A stretch of DNA of 64,000 nucleotides from Candidatus Pelagibacter sp. (GTDB lineage Bacteria; Pseudomonadota; Alphaproteobacteria; Pelagibacterales; Pelagibacteraceae). The notes below the pieces were generated by a model. The model did no database searches and was not told the DNA's origin. It was given only the letters and a program-made list of their open reading frames with translations. The stretch covers positions 3,934-67,933 of the forward strand of contig DASCPI010000012.1 of NCBI GenBank assembly GCA_036012475.1, written 5' to 3'. Numbering within the stretch: position 1 is the stretch's first letter; every line of letters begins with the position of its first letter. Positions 48,370 to 58,683 of the stretch are shown here, in pieces. The position numbers were made by a program, and so were the translations under genes.

Positions 48370-49467
48370 TGGATAATAGTTTCACAAATATTAAATTAGA
48401 AATCGAAAAGATTAACTTAAGAATTAAGGAGTATCTTTGAGAAAAACAATATTTATTCAAAATTAGAAAAAAACAATTCAAAAATGCTGGAAGCTACTTT
48501 TTGGCAGGACAAAAATAAAGCTCAGAAAGTAATCAAAGAAAAGAAATTTCAAGAAGATTTGATTAATTCCTACGATTATTCAATTAAGCAATGTACTGAA
48601 ATTTCAGAGCTATTTGATTTAGCTGTTGAGGAAAACAATACTACAGTAATTAATGATTCGTTAAAAAGTATTGAAGATTTAAAAGTAAAAGCAAAAAAAA
48701 ATGAGACGAAATGTTTTCTCTCAAACGAGTCAGATGGTTTTGACACCTATATAGAAATTCATGCTGGAGCCGGAGGCACCGAAAGTCAAGATTGGGCTGA
48801 AATGTTGAGAAGAATGTATATGAAATGGTCTTCTAATAAGGAATTTAAATTTCAAATAATTAGTGAGCACAAAGGGGATGGGGCTGGCATAAAATCTTCA
48901 ACAATAAAAATTGTAGGAGATTATGTTTTTGGATTATTAAAATCTGAGTCAGGAATACATAGACTTGTAAGAATTTCCCCATTTGATTCCGGAGCAAGGA
49001 GACATACTAGTTTTGCTAGTGTTTGGGTTTATCCAGTTGTTGATGAAAATATTGATGTTGAAATTGTGGAAAAAGATTTGAGAGTTGATACTTATCGATC
49101 TAGTGGTGCAGGAGGCCAACATGTAAATACTACTGACAGTGCTGTTAGAATTACACATATTCCTACAAAAATAGTTGTTCAATGTCAAAATGAAAGATCG
49201 CAACATAAAAATAAAGAAACATGTATGAACATGCTTAAGGCAAGACTATACAATTATGAGTTAAAGAAAAAGGAAGACCAAACAAAAAATATAAAAGATT
49301 CAAAGCCAGATATTGGATGGGGACATCAGATCAGATCATATGTTTTACATCCCTACAGAATGGTTAAAGATAATAGAACAAATCATGAGAGCTCTAACCC
49401 AGATAAAGTATTAGATGGAGATTTGGATGAGTTTTTAGAAAGTAATCTTTATAATTTAAATGGTTAG
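48369..49467 (+). CDS. prfB: Peptide chain release factor 2, with programmed +1 frameshift
   Basis: ATG at 48369 runs in frame to CTT-TGA (48435-48440); the +1 frame continues into the tracked ORF with SPF and GGQ motifs. Confidence 0.95.
48427..48441 (+). promoter_or_regulatory. prfB frameshift cassette (internal SD AGGAG, TAT, CTT TGA)
   Basis: aggagtatctttgag read directly. Confidence 0.92.
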
Positions 49468-51676
49468 ATTTATTAAATTTTTTATTTATTCAATTTTAAT
49501 TTTATTTGTCATTTTAGTTTTTTTGGCAATTTTTCTTTCAAAGATTGGGCTAGAAACTAAAAGATTTAATCCTTTAATTATCGAGCAAGTAAAAAAATAT
49601 AATGAAAATCTTAATTTAGATATTAATAAAGTAAAAATTTATATTTCTATAGACAGTTTAACTAACCCAAAAATAAGAATTAGCACCAAGAATCCAATAT
49701 TAATTTTAGGTAGGAATAAAATAGAACTTAAGTCTATAGACACTAGAATCGATATTTTATCGTATTTTAAAGATAATTTTATAATAGAAGAATTTGAGAT
49801 ATGGACCAAAAACAACAAAATCAAGGACTTAATTTCAATTGCCTCATTGGAACAATCATCATTAATTATTTACAATGTATTTATCAAAGGGGGCTATGCC
49901 AGCATAAATAGTTCTATAAAATTTGATGAAAATGGAAAAATAACTGATTATAAATTAAGCGGTCAAGTTAAAGACGTAAAACTAAAATACAACGAGAAAT
50001 ATTCTTTTGGAAATATTAATTTTGATTTTACTCATCAGAAAAATGAAACTTCAATAAAAAATGCTAATTTCTATCATAAAAAAATAAAACTTTTATCTGA
50101 TAAAATAATTATAGTTACAGACTTTGATGATAAAAAAATAGTAACTGGAGACATTAGAATCGAGAAAAATACTATAAATTTAAAACTATTTAAAGATATA
50201 TTCGAAAATAATTTGTATTTTGTTGATGATCAAGAAATTACTGTTGAAATAAAAAATAAATTTTCTTTCACGTTACAAAAGGAAAAAATTAAAGCACTAA
50301 AACATTTATCAAAAATAGATTTGGATAGTGTTAGTTTGAAACCAAAAATTAATTTACTAAAAAATTATTTTAGTAATTATAACGATTCTATTTTGTTAAA
50401 AAATAATTCAATAACATTAAAATATGAAAATAAAAATTTAAATATAGAAGGTGAAAGCGACTATTCTTTAGGTGCATCTTTTGACAAGATTGAATATAAA
50501 ATTAATAAAAAAAATAATAATTACGATTTTCTAACACTAATAAATTTTGATAGCAATCTTATAAAAATTAAGCCTATTAGTTACAGTAAAGAAAAAAATA
50601 AAAAATCAAATTTAAAATTAAAAGGCTCTTATAAAAAAAATAAAGTAAAATTTAATGAAATTATTTATAATGAAGGTTCAAATTTTTTTGAAGTTAAAGA
50701 TTTAATTTTAAATAATAAATTCAAAATACGAGATTTAAAAAAAGTTAAGGCAAGCTATTTAAATACTAATAATAAAAAAAGTGAATTTGATATAAAGAAA
50801 GATTCAACTCATTATAATTTAAATGGTCTTTCTTTTGACAGCTATAAACTTATTAACGATATGCTGCTTTCAGATAATGATAAAAGTTTTTTAGATAATT
50901 TTGATTTAAAAGATGGAACTAAATTAAATATTAATATAAATAAAGTATTTTTAGATGAAGAAAATTTCTCTAAAAATTTATTTGGTGAATTAATTTTTAA
51001 AAATAATAAAGTTCATAGCTTAAACCTAACCTCTGAGTTTGAAAATAATGAAAAATTTAATCTTGATGTAAAAACACTGAAAAATAAACAAAAAATTACA
51101 TCATTTTATTCTGATAACGCCGAACCTTTTATTAAACATTATAAGTTTATAAAGGGTTTCAAAAAAGGAAAAATTGATTTTTATTCAATTAAAGAAAACA
51201 GCATATCTAATTCCAAATTAAATATTTTTGATTTTAAAGTTAAAGAAATGCCAGCTTTAACTAAGCTATTATCGTTGGCCTCACTACAAGGTATTGCTGA
51301 TCTTATGACGGGCGAAGGAATAAGATTTAATGAGTTTGAAATGAATTTTAATAATAAAAATAAACTTATGACTATTAATGAAATATATGCACTAGGACCT
51401 GCGATATCAATTTTAATGAGTGGATATGTTGAGAGTAATAAATTAATTAGTTTAAGAGGCACATTGGTTCCAGCCACAACATTAAATAAAGTAGTAGGAT
51501 CTTTGCCTTTAATTGGAAATATTTTAGTAGGAAAAAAAACAGGAGAAGGTGTTTTTGGAGTTAGTTTTAAAATAAAAGGTCCTCCAAAAAAACTTAAAAC
51601 AACTGTTAATCCAATTAAAACTTTAACACCTAGATTTATAACTAGAACTTTAGAAAAAGTAAAAAAACCAAACTAA
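49460..51676 (+). CDS. AsmA-like/YhdP-like periplasmic protein
   Basis: N-terminal anchor; C-terminal GTLVPA, LPLIGNIL, GVFGVSF, VNPIKTLTP. Confidence 0.75.
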   Translation: MVRFIKFFIYSILILFVILVFLAIFLSKIGLETKRFNPLIIEQVKKYNENLNLDINKVKIYISIDSLTNPKIRISTKNPILILGRNKIELKSIDTRIDILSYFKDNFIIEEFEIWTKNNKIKDLISIASLEQSSLIIYNVFIKGGYASINSSIKFDENGKITDYKLSGQVKDVKLKYNEKYSFGNINFDFTHQKNETSIKNANFYHKKIKLLSDKIIIVTDFDDKKIVTGDIRIEKNTINLKLFKDIFENNLYFVDDQEITVEIKNKFSFTLQKEKIKALKHLSKIDLDSVSLKPKINLLKNYFSNYNDSILLKNNSITLKYENKNLNIEGESDYSLGASFDKIEYKINKKNNNYDFLTLINFDSNLIKIKPISYSKEKNKKSNLKLKGSYKKNKVKFNEIIYNEGSNFFEVKDLILNNKFKIRDLKKVKASYLNTNNKKSEFDIKKDSTHYNLNGLSFDSYKLINDMLLSDNDKSFLDNFDLKDGTKLNININKVFLDEENFSKNLFGELIFKNNKVHSLNLTSEFENNEKFNLDVKTLKNKQKITSFYSDNAEPFIKHYKFIKGFKKGKIDFYSIKENSISNSKLNIFDFKVKEMPALTKLLSLASLQGIADLMTGEGIRFNEFEMNFNNKNKLMTINEIYALGPAISILMSGYVESNKLISLRGTLVPATTLNKVVGSLPLIGNILVGKKTGEGVFGVSFKIKGPPKKLKTTVNPIKTLTPRFITRTLEKVKKPN

Positions 51677-51677
51677 A

Positions 51678-52724
51678 TTATTTTTTTAAAATAGTTAAAT
51701 GACCCATTTTTCTTTTTGGCTTGATTTCTTTCTTTAAGTAATCAAAGAAAAATTCATTGTCAGAAAATTTTTTGTCTTTATAGATAAGAATATCATTTCC
51801 AATCAGATTTATCATTTTGGCATCGAATAATTTTTTAGTTTCTTTTCTTTTTAAACCACAAACAGCTCTAATATGATTTTCAAATTGGCTAATGTTATGA
51901 GAATTTATTGTCAGATGTCCAGAATTATGAACTCTAGGAGCAATTTCATTTACAAATAAATTATCTTTTTTATCTACAAAATATTCAACACATAAAGTTC
52001 CTATAAAATCAAGTTCTTCAGCAATATGCTTTGCCCAGTTTTTTGATTTTTTTAGTATTTCATCACTTATTTCTGCTGGAATTTTAGAATTTTTTAGTAT
52101 TTGATCATCATGAACATTCTCGATCGGTTCATATATTTCATATTTTTGATTTCCAAATCTTGTAACTATAACTGAAATCTCTTTTTTTAAATTAATAAAT
52201 TTTTCTATAATGTACTCTTTGTTGTAATCAAGATTAATCTCTTCAAGTTCTTTCATTGAATTTATTTTGTACTGGCCTTTACCATCATATCCAAAAGTAG
52301 AAGTTTTAATAATACCAGGTACAAAATTTGTTTTGGATTTTAATTCTTTATCATTTTTAATAGAATCATATAAAGTTGTTCTAAAATTACATTTATTTAT
52401 AAAATCTTTTTCATAAAGTCTGTGTTGTATTATTTTATTGATACTAGGTTTAGGTAAAACTTTTTTTACTTCATTGATTTTATTTAGTGTTTCAAAAGGA
52501 ATATTTTCAAATTCAAATGTAACCATATCTACCTTTTCAACAAATTCATTAATTTTATCTTCGTCATTATATTTTCCAAAAACAAAATTGTCCGAAAATT
52601 TTTGCGCTGGCGCATTTTGATCGTCAGAAAATATTACAGTTTCTATATTTATTTTTTTAGCAGCACTTGCTAACATACTACCTAATTGTCCTCCACCAAT
52701 TATACCAAGAGTGCATTTAACCAT
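51678..52724 (-). CDS. purK: N5-CAIR synthetase
   Basis: GGGQLG, TFEFEN, GYDGKGQ, NEIAPRVHNSGH, RKMGH. Confidence 0.96.
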   Translation of the reverse strand: MVKCTLGIIGGGQLGSMLASAAKKINIETVIFSDDQNAPAQKFSDNFVFGKYNDEDKINEFVEKVDMVTFEFENIPFETLNKINEVKKVLPKPSINKIIQHRLYEKDFINKCNFRTTLYDSIKNDKELKSKTNFVPGIIKTSTFGYDGKGQYKINSMKELEEINLDYNKEYIIEKFINLKKEISVIVTRFGNQKYEIYEPIENVHDDQILKNSKIPAEISDEILKKSKNWAKHIAEELDFIGTLCVEYFVDKKDNLFVNEIAPRVHNSGHLTINSHNISQFENHIRAVCGLKRKETKKLFDAKMINLIGNDILIYKDKKFSDNEFFFDYLKKEIKPKRKMGHLTILKK

Positions 52725-52725
52725 C

Positions 52726-53220
52726 TTACTTAGGTTTTTTCTTAACAGATCGTGTTTGTTTATTTCTCCAAAGATTTAAATTTTTTCTAGATTTTGGATC
52801 GATTAAAGAAATTATTGATGCAGCAAACAAACCAGCATTTATTGCTCCATCTTTTCCTATGGCAACAGTGCCCACTGGAATTCCTTTAGGCATTTGAACT
52901 ATTGATAAAAGACTATCTAAGCCTTTTAATTTTTTACTTTCTATAGGAACCCCAATCACTGGTATTTTTGTTAGGGCTGCGATCATTCCTGGTAGGTGCG
53001 CCGATCCACCTGCACCAGCGATAATAACAGAGATATTATTTTTCTCAGCCATTTTTGCAAATTTGTACATTCTGTCTGGAGTACGATGTGCAGAAACTAT
53101 CTTTATTTCATGCTTTATTTTTAATATTTTTAGTATTTTTTTGCAGTATTGCATCGTGGAGTAATCAGACTGACTACCCATTACAATTGAAACTTTGTGA
53201 TCTTTTTTCTTAACCGACAT
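52726..53220 (-). CDS. purE: N5-CAIR mutase
   Basis: [25 protein letters not shown]. Confidence 0.97.
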   Translation of the reverse strand: MSVKKKDHKVSIVMGSQSDYSTMQYCKKILKILKIKHEIKIVSAHRTPDRMYKFAKMAEKNNISVIIAGAGGSAHLPGMIAALTKIPVIGVPIESKKLKGLDSLLSIVQMPKGIPVGTVAIGKDGAINAGLFAASIISLIDPKSRKNLNLWRNKQTRSVKKKPK

Positions 53221-53269
53221 TTATATCTTTTAATATCAAAAAATTAGTTACTAATATATATCTAATCTA

Positions 53270-54238
53270 ATGAAATATAGAATTGATAATCTTCAATATT
53301 GTAATTGGTCTAGAGATATATTTCAAATAAATAGAAAAGCCAATTTGGATGCGGTTCATGTAACTATAGTTTATCATGAAGATTATAATGAATTTATTCA
53401 AAGAACCAAAGAGTGGGATAAGTTTTTTAACGAAAATTCTGATCTAATTTTTTTAGGCAAAAATTTTAAAGATATAGAAAAGGCAAATTCAGAAAAAAAA
53501 ACAGCTATTTTTTTTGGTTTTCAAAATTGTTCTCCAATAGAAGATAATATAGCTTTAGTAGAAAAAGTTCATGAGCATGGATGTAGATTTATGCAACTTA
53601 CTTACAACAATCAGTCTTTACTAGCCACTGGTTGCTACGAAAAAAACGATAGTGGTGTTACAAATTTTGGCAGAGAAGTAATTAAAGAAATGAACAGAAT
53701 AGGTATAGTAATAGATATGTCGCATTCTGCAGATAAAAGTACATTTGATGCAATTGAAATAAGTAAAAAACCAATAGCGATTACTCATGCAAACCCATCT
53801 TTTTGGCATGAAGCGATTAGAAATAAATCAAACGATTTATTAAAAGTTTTAGCAAATAGTGGTGGAATGTTGGGATTGTCATTGTATCCACATCATTTAA
53901 AAAATGGATCTAATTGCACTTTAGAAAATTTTTGTGAAATGACAGCAAAGACAGCAGAAATCATGGGAGTTAAAAATATTGGCATAGGTTCAGATTTGTG
54001 CATCAATCATCCAGACAGCGTTGTTGAATGGATGAGGAATGGAACTTGGTCTAAGACAAAAAATTATGGAGAAGGTTCAAAAAACAAACCAGAATTTCCA
54101 AAACAGCCGAATTGGTTTTTAGATGCAAGAGGTTTTAACAACTTAGAAATTGGTTTAAAAAAAGTTGGTTTTAGTATTGATGAAGTAAACGCAATTTTAG
54201 GTAATAATTGGTATAATTTTTACCGGGATTTGCTTTAA
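53270..54238 (+). CDS. Membrane-dipeptidase (M19)-family amidohydrolase
   Basis: QLTYN, EMNRIGIVIDMSH, THAN, IGIGSD, ILGNNW. Confidence 0.85.
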   Translation: MKYRIDNLQYCNWSRDIFQINRKANLDAVHVTIVYHEDYNEFIQRTKEWDKFFNENSDLIFLGKNFKDIEKANSEKKTAIFFGFQNCSPIEDNIALVEKVHEHGCRFMQLTYNNQSLLATGCYEKNDSGVTNFGREVIKEMNRIGIVIDMSHSADKSTFDAIEISKKPIAITHANPSFWHEAIRNKSNDLLKVLANSGGMLGLSLYPHHLKNGSNCTLENFCEMTAKTAEIMGVKNIGIGSDLCINHPDSVVEWMRNGTWSKTKNYGEGSKNKPEFPKQPNWFLDARGFNNLEIGLKKVGFSIDEVNAILGNNWYNFYRDLL

Positions 54239-54280
54239 ATCAATGATTAATTCTATAAAAATTGAAAAATAAAGATGTAA

Positions 54281-55966
54281 TTGAGTTATAAACAATTGAA
54301 CGAATTAAATATAAAACTTAGAAGTCCAGCTGAAGTGATGAAACTTTCTAGATTAGGATCATTTCATCAATCTAAACTTTCCTTTTTAAGAAGTTTTATA
54401 AAAGAATTTAAAGATTGGAATTATAAAAGAAATGTATTTGATCTTGATAAAGATGGGTATGGGATTGCCGTATATTCACTTGAAAAGAACAAAAAAAACT
54501 ATTCATTAGTCTGTTTTGCAAATTATTTAAATTCTGAAGAAAGGTCAGATAGAGTAATAGCAAATAAATGGGATACAACATTTGTTTTACACGATGGAAT
54601 TCCAACTTTAGAGGATTTGGAACGTTTAAAAAAAAATGTTCCCAAACAAGAAGCTGGTAGAGTAACATATAAAGAGCTTTCTTTAGCTAGAGCAAACAAG
54701 TCAGTTAGAATTTTTGATCACGTGGTTGATTCTCTTAGCCAAGGAAAACAACCTGACAAAAAATTATTGAGTAAAGTAGGTTATTTGTATCGAACAACTG
54801 CAGTTTACGGATCAGGAAAATGTGGTTTGGCAGATCGCTTCAGAATTAAAAATAGAAAGGAAATTTGTGGTCCATTCAGACTGGAAATGATGTTAGTTTA
54901 TTTAGTTCGTCAATTTACTTTTGATCAAGTCAATCATATTGCAAAATTAAAAAATCCAAATAAGGCGATGAAGCTTAACAACGATATCGCAAGAAACCTA
55001 GGTATTGGAAATTCAACAGGTTTGGGATTGGCGCCATTTATTATAAATCACCCTATTCTTTTAAATAACTGGATCTATTGCAGAGAAAAGGCATTAAAAG
55101 AAATTAGATCTATAGAAAAGATCAAGGTTAAAGATTTTAACATTTTTCTAGATTGTTTGAACAGATCAAAGGTAAATATTAATACCTGGTTAACCGAAAG
55201 CGATTATCAAAAAAATAAAATTAAATCATTAAAATCTGACTTGAAAAAATTTAATCATTATTTAGAAAAAAATTGTTCAGTTAAAACTCAGTATTTATGG
55301 AATGAAATTTATACATGGGCTGAATCAAAACTTAGCATTGAGGGCATTGAATATATTGTTTCAATGATTATGGAACCTTATAACAATATCGTTGATCCTT
55401 TAATTAATGAAATGAGTGCAGAAGAAGAAAAATATTTTACTATTCCAGCTCACAGAAAACTTAAAGAAGTTAAAAAAATTATTGAAAACAATTATAAATT
55501 TTTAATTAAGATTGATTATGAAGATAAAAAAAATATAACTAATTTTTGGTTTATATCAAAAAATAAAGCAGAACCTCGAATAGCTAATAGACATCAGGAA
55601 CATGGCTCTGAATTAGAACAACCTTTGGCAATTGGACGTGATGTAAAACAGCTTTATCATAGAATATTAAAAGCAAATCAAAATAATACTGTTGCAGAAT
55701 TTTTATTATATAATGATGATTTAAGGCATATAGTCAGAAGGGTTTTTATTGTAGAACAATTTCCCTATTCTGAAATACAAGATAATATAATTGGAGCTTC
55801 ATTAGTTCCTATAGATTTGTTGAGATTGAAGCTTTCTTTTTTTGGATCCAATAAATTTGATCCAAAATCAGATAAATGGTTAAGAATAAATATGTACCAA
55901 GGAGCTCCGCTACCACAGGAGTTAAAATCTTCAAACGATACATGGATTTATAATTCTTTGAGTTAA
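54281..55966 (+). CDS. Uncharacterised 561-aa protein
   Basis: Long ORF with TTG start; enzyme-like blocks RSDRVIA, RANKSVR, RTTAVYGSGK, GIGNSTGLG. Confidence 0.75.
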   Translation: MSYKQLNELNIKLRSPAEVMKLSRLGSFHQSKLSFLRSFIKEFKDWNYKRNVFDLDKDGYGIAVYSLEKNKKNYSLVCFANYLNSEERSDRVIANKWDTTFVLHDGIPTLEDLERLKKNVPKQEAGRVTYKELSLARANKSVRIFDHVVDSLSQGKQPDKKLLSKVGYLYRTTAVYGSGKCGLADRFRIKNRKEICGPFRLEMMLVYLVRQFTFDQVNHIAKLKNPNKAMKLNNDIARNLGIGNSTGLGLAPFIINHPILLNNWIYCREKALKEIRSIEKIKVKDFNIFLDCLNRSKVNINTWLTESDYQKNKIKSLKSDLKKFNHYLEKNCSVKTQYLWNEIYTWAESKLSIEGIEYIVSMIMEPYNNIVDPLINEMSAEEEKYFTIPAHRKLKEVKKIIENNYKFLIKIDYEDKKNITNFWFISKNKAEPRIANRHQEHGSELEQPLAIGRDVKQLYHRILKANQNNTVAEFLLYNDDLRHIVRRVFIVEQFPYSEIQDNIIGASLVPIDLLRLKLSFFGSNKFDPKSDKWLRINMYQGAPLPQELKSSNDTWIYNSLS

Positions 55967-55968
55967 TT

Positions 55969-56580
55969 ATGAAAACTTTAAATGAAATTGACACAACGGC
56001 AAAAAAAGCCTCAAAAGCGGCAGGTTTTTCTTGGGGTATAGCTGAAGAAATAGGTAAATCCATAGAAAGTTTAGAACTATTTGGTCTTCCGGGAGTAATA
56101 AATTTAAACTTATACCTAAAAAAAGTAAAAAAAAAACATCCAGAAAAATTGTATAAAATAGAAAAAGAAAATAGATTGAAGAATAAAGAATTGTGTCCTA
56201 TTTATTGTGGTGTAGCCTTTCTAGACAAATGTAGACAGCTAGAAACATTACAATCCATCAAATATTATAATGTAAGCTATCCTTTATTAATTTTACCTTT
56301 TATAATCAAAACTTCTGAACTTTTAGAAAAAAAAATATTAATTGAATACAACAATTCTAGTTTTCTGCTTAACTTTAATAGATTTATTTTTTCAAAAAAT
56401 TTAAATAAACAAGTTGATTCATTAGCAAAAGAAATAAGAATAGAATTTTTGGAAAATAAAGATTCTTTTTCAGAACAAAATTGGAAAGAATTATATAAAC
56501 TTTCAGAGGAAACTTTTGTAGAAGAATCGGAAAGCTCAAAAACAAAAGGTGCTGGGGCTGGATTAATAGATAATGACTAA
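55969..56580 (+). CDS. DUF3726-like protein
   Basis: LNEID..AKKA..AAGFSWGIAEE N-terminus and GAGAGLIDND C-terminus. Confidence 0.72.
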   Translation: MKTLNEIDTTAKKASKAAGFSWGIAEEIGKSIESLELFGLPGVINLNLYLKKVKKKHPEKLYKIEKENRLKNKELCPIYCGVAFLDKCRQLETLQSIKYYNVSYPLLILPFIIKTSELLEKKILIEYNNSSFLLNFNRFIFSKNLNKQVDSLAKEIRIEFLENKDSFSEQNWKELYKLSEETFVEESESSKTKGAGAGLIDND

Positions 56581-56743
56581 AGATTTTGAAGATAAACCAT
56601 TAAAAGAAAAAGACTTAAAAGATTTAAATAATTGTTGTGAAGAGTGTAAAAAAGAAGATGAAAGTGTTTCTCAGAATTTGATTTTAACAGGATTTAAAAT
56701 CTGCAAATCTTGCAGAACATCAAAAACTGTCTTTCCTATCTAG
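56573..56743 (+). CDS. Unannotated 56-aa CxxC-CxxC (zinc-ribbon-like) protein
   Basis: MTKDFEDKPL...CCEEC...CKSC...VFPI*; overlaps the upstream gene by 8 nt and the convergent gene's stop. Confidence 0.68.
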   Translation: MTKDFEDKPLKEKDLKDLNNCCEECKKEDESVSQNLILTGFKICKSCRTSKTVFPI

Positions 56744-57285
56744 CTATAAGAACTTATTGGTAAAGCTTCCATCTTACTCATTACGAATGAAATAGAAACT
56801 ATAGCAATTATTAGAAAAGATAAAAAAACTACTCCTAAAGATTTAAAGTTAGATTTTAGATTTAAAATTTGTTTAGTTGATATTATTAAAGATGCAAAAA
56901 TCCAAAATTGAGTAAGAAAAATAATTGGAATAACTAACTCTGGGGTAACTGCAAAAAATCTTATTAAACCTGGTGCATGGGCATAACCAACTCCAATTAA
57001 AACTTTTTTAAAAGAAACATTGGTTTCTTTATCAGGAAAAATTTTGACACCTATTACATAGATGAATAGTGCCCAAACTAACCATGTTAAAATTGCAGTT
57101 AAACCAGAAATTCCAATCGATGTTTTAATAATTGTATTAGCTGCAACTGCACCCGCTATTCCATCAAGAATCATTATTAAACCAGCAAAATATATTCCAG
57201 CTTCACCAAAATTTTTATTATTTCTATAAAGGTTTTTGTCTAATTTTAACGATGAAAAAATTATATTTAAAAATTCAGTAAACAT
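56740..57285 (-). CDS. YIP1-like membrane protein
   Basis: About five hydrophobic segments; GVGYAHAPG. Confidence 0.65.
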   Translation of the reverse strand: MFTEFLNIIFSSLKLDKNLYRNNKNFGEAGIYFAGLIMILDGIAGAVAANTIIKTSIGISGLTAILTWLVWALFIYVIGVKIFPDKETNVSFKKVLIGVGYAHAPGLIRFFAVTPELVIPIIFLTQFWIFASLIISTKQILNLKSNFKSLGVVFLSFLIIAIVSISFVMSKMEALPISSYS

Positions 57286-57292
57286 TATTGTT

Positions 57293-57320
57293 TATTTGAG
57301 GGATAATATCCCCCAAAATA
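57293..57320. terminator. Small hairpin after the GcvT-like gene
   Basis: gggat-aat-atccc core with imperfect extension. Confidence 0.35.
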
Positions 57321-57324
57321 TTTT

Positions 57325-58683
57325 TTAGCCAGCTACAACTTCTCTTGTATTTGCGTTGTGAGATTCTTTAAAAGGAATATCAACTACTATAGCATCCACA
57401 GGCTTTCCTGGAGTATCTGAATATTTTTCTGGTAAATGAACCTTATATTTAGTTCCAACCTTGCCTTTTGGCATGCCATTTGCATTTAATGTTCTATCAT
57501 AAGGAACATAACCCATTGCTATATTTTGTTTCTTTTCTGGATGATACCAAGGAGAAGTAATAAATCCTACAGGTTCTCCCCCTCTTTCATTTGAAATCAA
57601 CCAAAAGTCAGGTGCATATTCTTCAATTGGTTTTCCACCTAATTCTAGTCCAACTAATTGAAGTTTATATGGTTTTTTTCCAGATTTTAAATCAGCTTTC
57701 ATTTTTTCTAATGAAGATTTACCAACATAGTCACCTTTTTTATTCCATTCACCTTTTCCAGATAATGAAACTTGATAACCAAGATTACATTGAAAAGGAT
57801 TATGTTGTTGATCCATATCTTGTCCCCAAGAAAGAATTCCAGCTTGAATTCTTCTATGGTGAGCAGGAGCAATAACCATCAGGTTATGTTTTTTACCTGC
57901 ATCAAGAACTGCATTCCACATATCATCTGCATATAAAGTTGCATTTCTTAAATATATTTCATATCCAGCTTCTCCTGAGAAACCAGATTGCGAAATAACA
58001 CAACTTCTCCCAGCAACTTTAACTTCAGCCAAACCATAGAAAGGCATGTTATCTAAATCAACTTGATCACCAAGCAAATCTTTCATTAGTGCTTTTGATT
58101 TAGGTCCTTGAATTTGTACTGGACAAGCATCAATTTCTTCGATTGTACAATTAAATTTTCCATCAGCATTAACACCCTGAAGATACATACCAATATCAGA
58201 GTCTGATAGCGAGAACCAAAACTCATCTTTTGAAATTCTAAGAAGAATTGGATCATTTAAAACCCCGCCATAAGCATTACATAAAATTACATATCTAGCT
58301 CTCATTGGTGAGATTTTAGTTGCATCTCTAGTTATTACGTAGTCAGTAAATTTTTCTGCATCAGGCCCTTTAACTCTTATTTGTCTTTCAACAGCAACGT
58401 TCCACATTGTAACATGATTAACAATTGCATCATATTCCACCATTGCTCCACCATCTTCTGGCTTAACATAACCTCTTGGATGGTAAATACGATTGTATAC
58501 TGTTGCTCTCCAACAACCAGCTTGCATTGATAAATGCCAATAGGGAGATTTTCTTACTCTTGTTGAAATTAACATTTCAACTTTAGTAGGTCCACTTTGT
58601 CTTAAGTTATATGGAACTTCACGATCAGATTGATCAACAGAAGTTACATGTTTTAGTTTAGTATAATCAAATTCATTAGACAT
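57325..58683 (-). CDS. GcvT/DmdA-family folate-dependent aminomethyltransferase/demethylase
   Basis: VYNR..HP, WNVAVERQI, GPDA, NDPILLR, QIQGP, SGFSGEAGYEIY, RIQAGILSWGQD. Confidence 0.87.
   Translation of the reverse strand: MSNEFDYTKLKHVTSVDQSDREVPYNLRQSGPTKVEMLISTRVRKSPYWHLSMQAGCWRATVYNRIYHPRGYVKPEDGGAMVEYDAIVNHVTMWNVAVERQIRVKGPDAEKFTDYVITRDATKISPMRARYVILCNAYGGVLNDPILLRISKDEFWFSLSDSDIGMYLQGVNADGKFNCTIEEIDACPVQIQGPKSKALMKDLLGDQVDLDNMPFYGLAEVKVAGRSCVISQSGFSGEAGYEIYLRNATLYADDMWNAVLDAGKKHNLMVIAPAHHRRIQAGILSWGQDMDQQHNPFQCNLGYQVSLSGKGEWNKKGDYVGKSSLEKMKADLKSGKKPYKLQLVGLELGGKPIEEYAPDFWLISNERGGEPVGFITSPWYHPEKKQNIAMGYVPYDRTLNANGMPKGKVGTKYKVHLPEKYSDTPGKPVDAIVVDIPFKESHNANTREVVAG

Noticed and set aside
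57325-58683. Assigning the symbol dmdA or gcvT
   Set aside because: Longer than either canonical protein and no gcvH or gcvP nearby; only a family-level call is supported.
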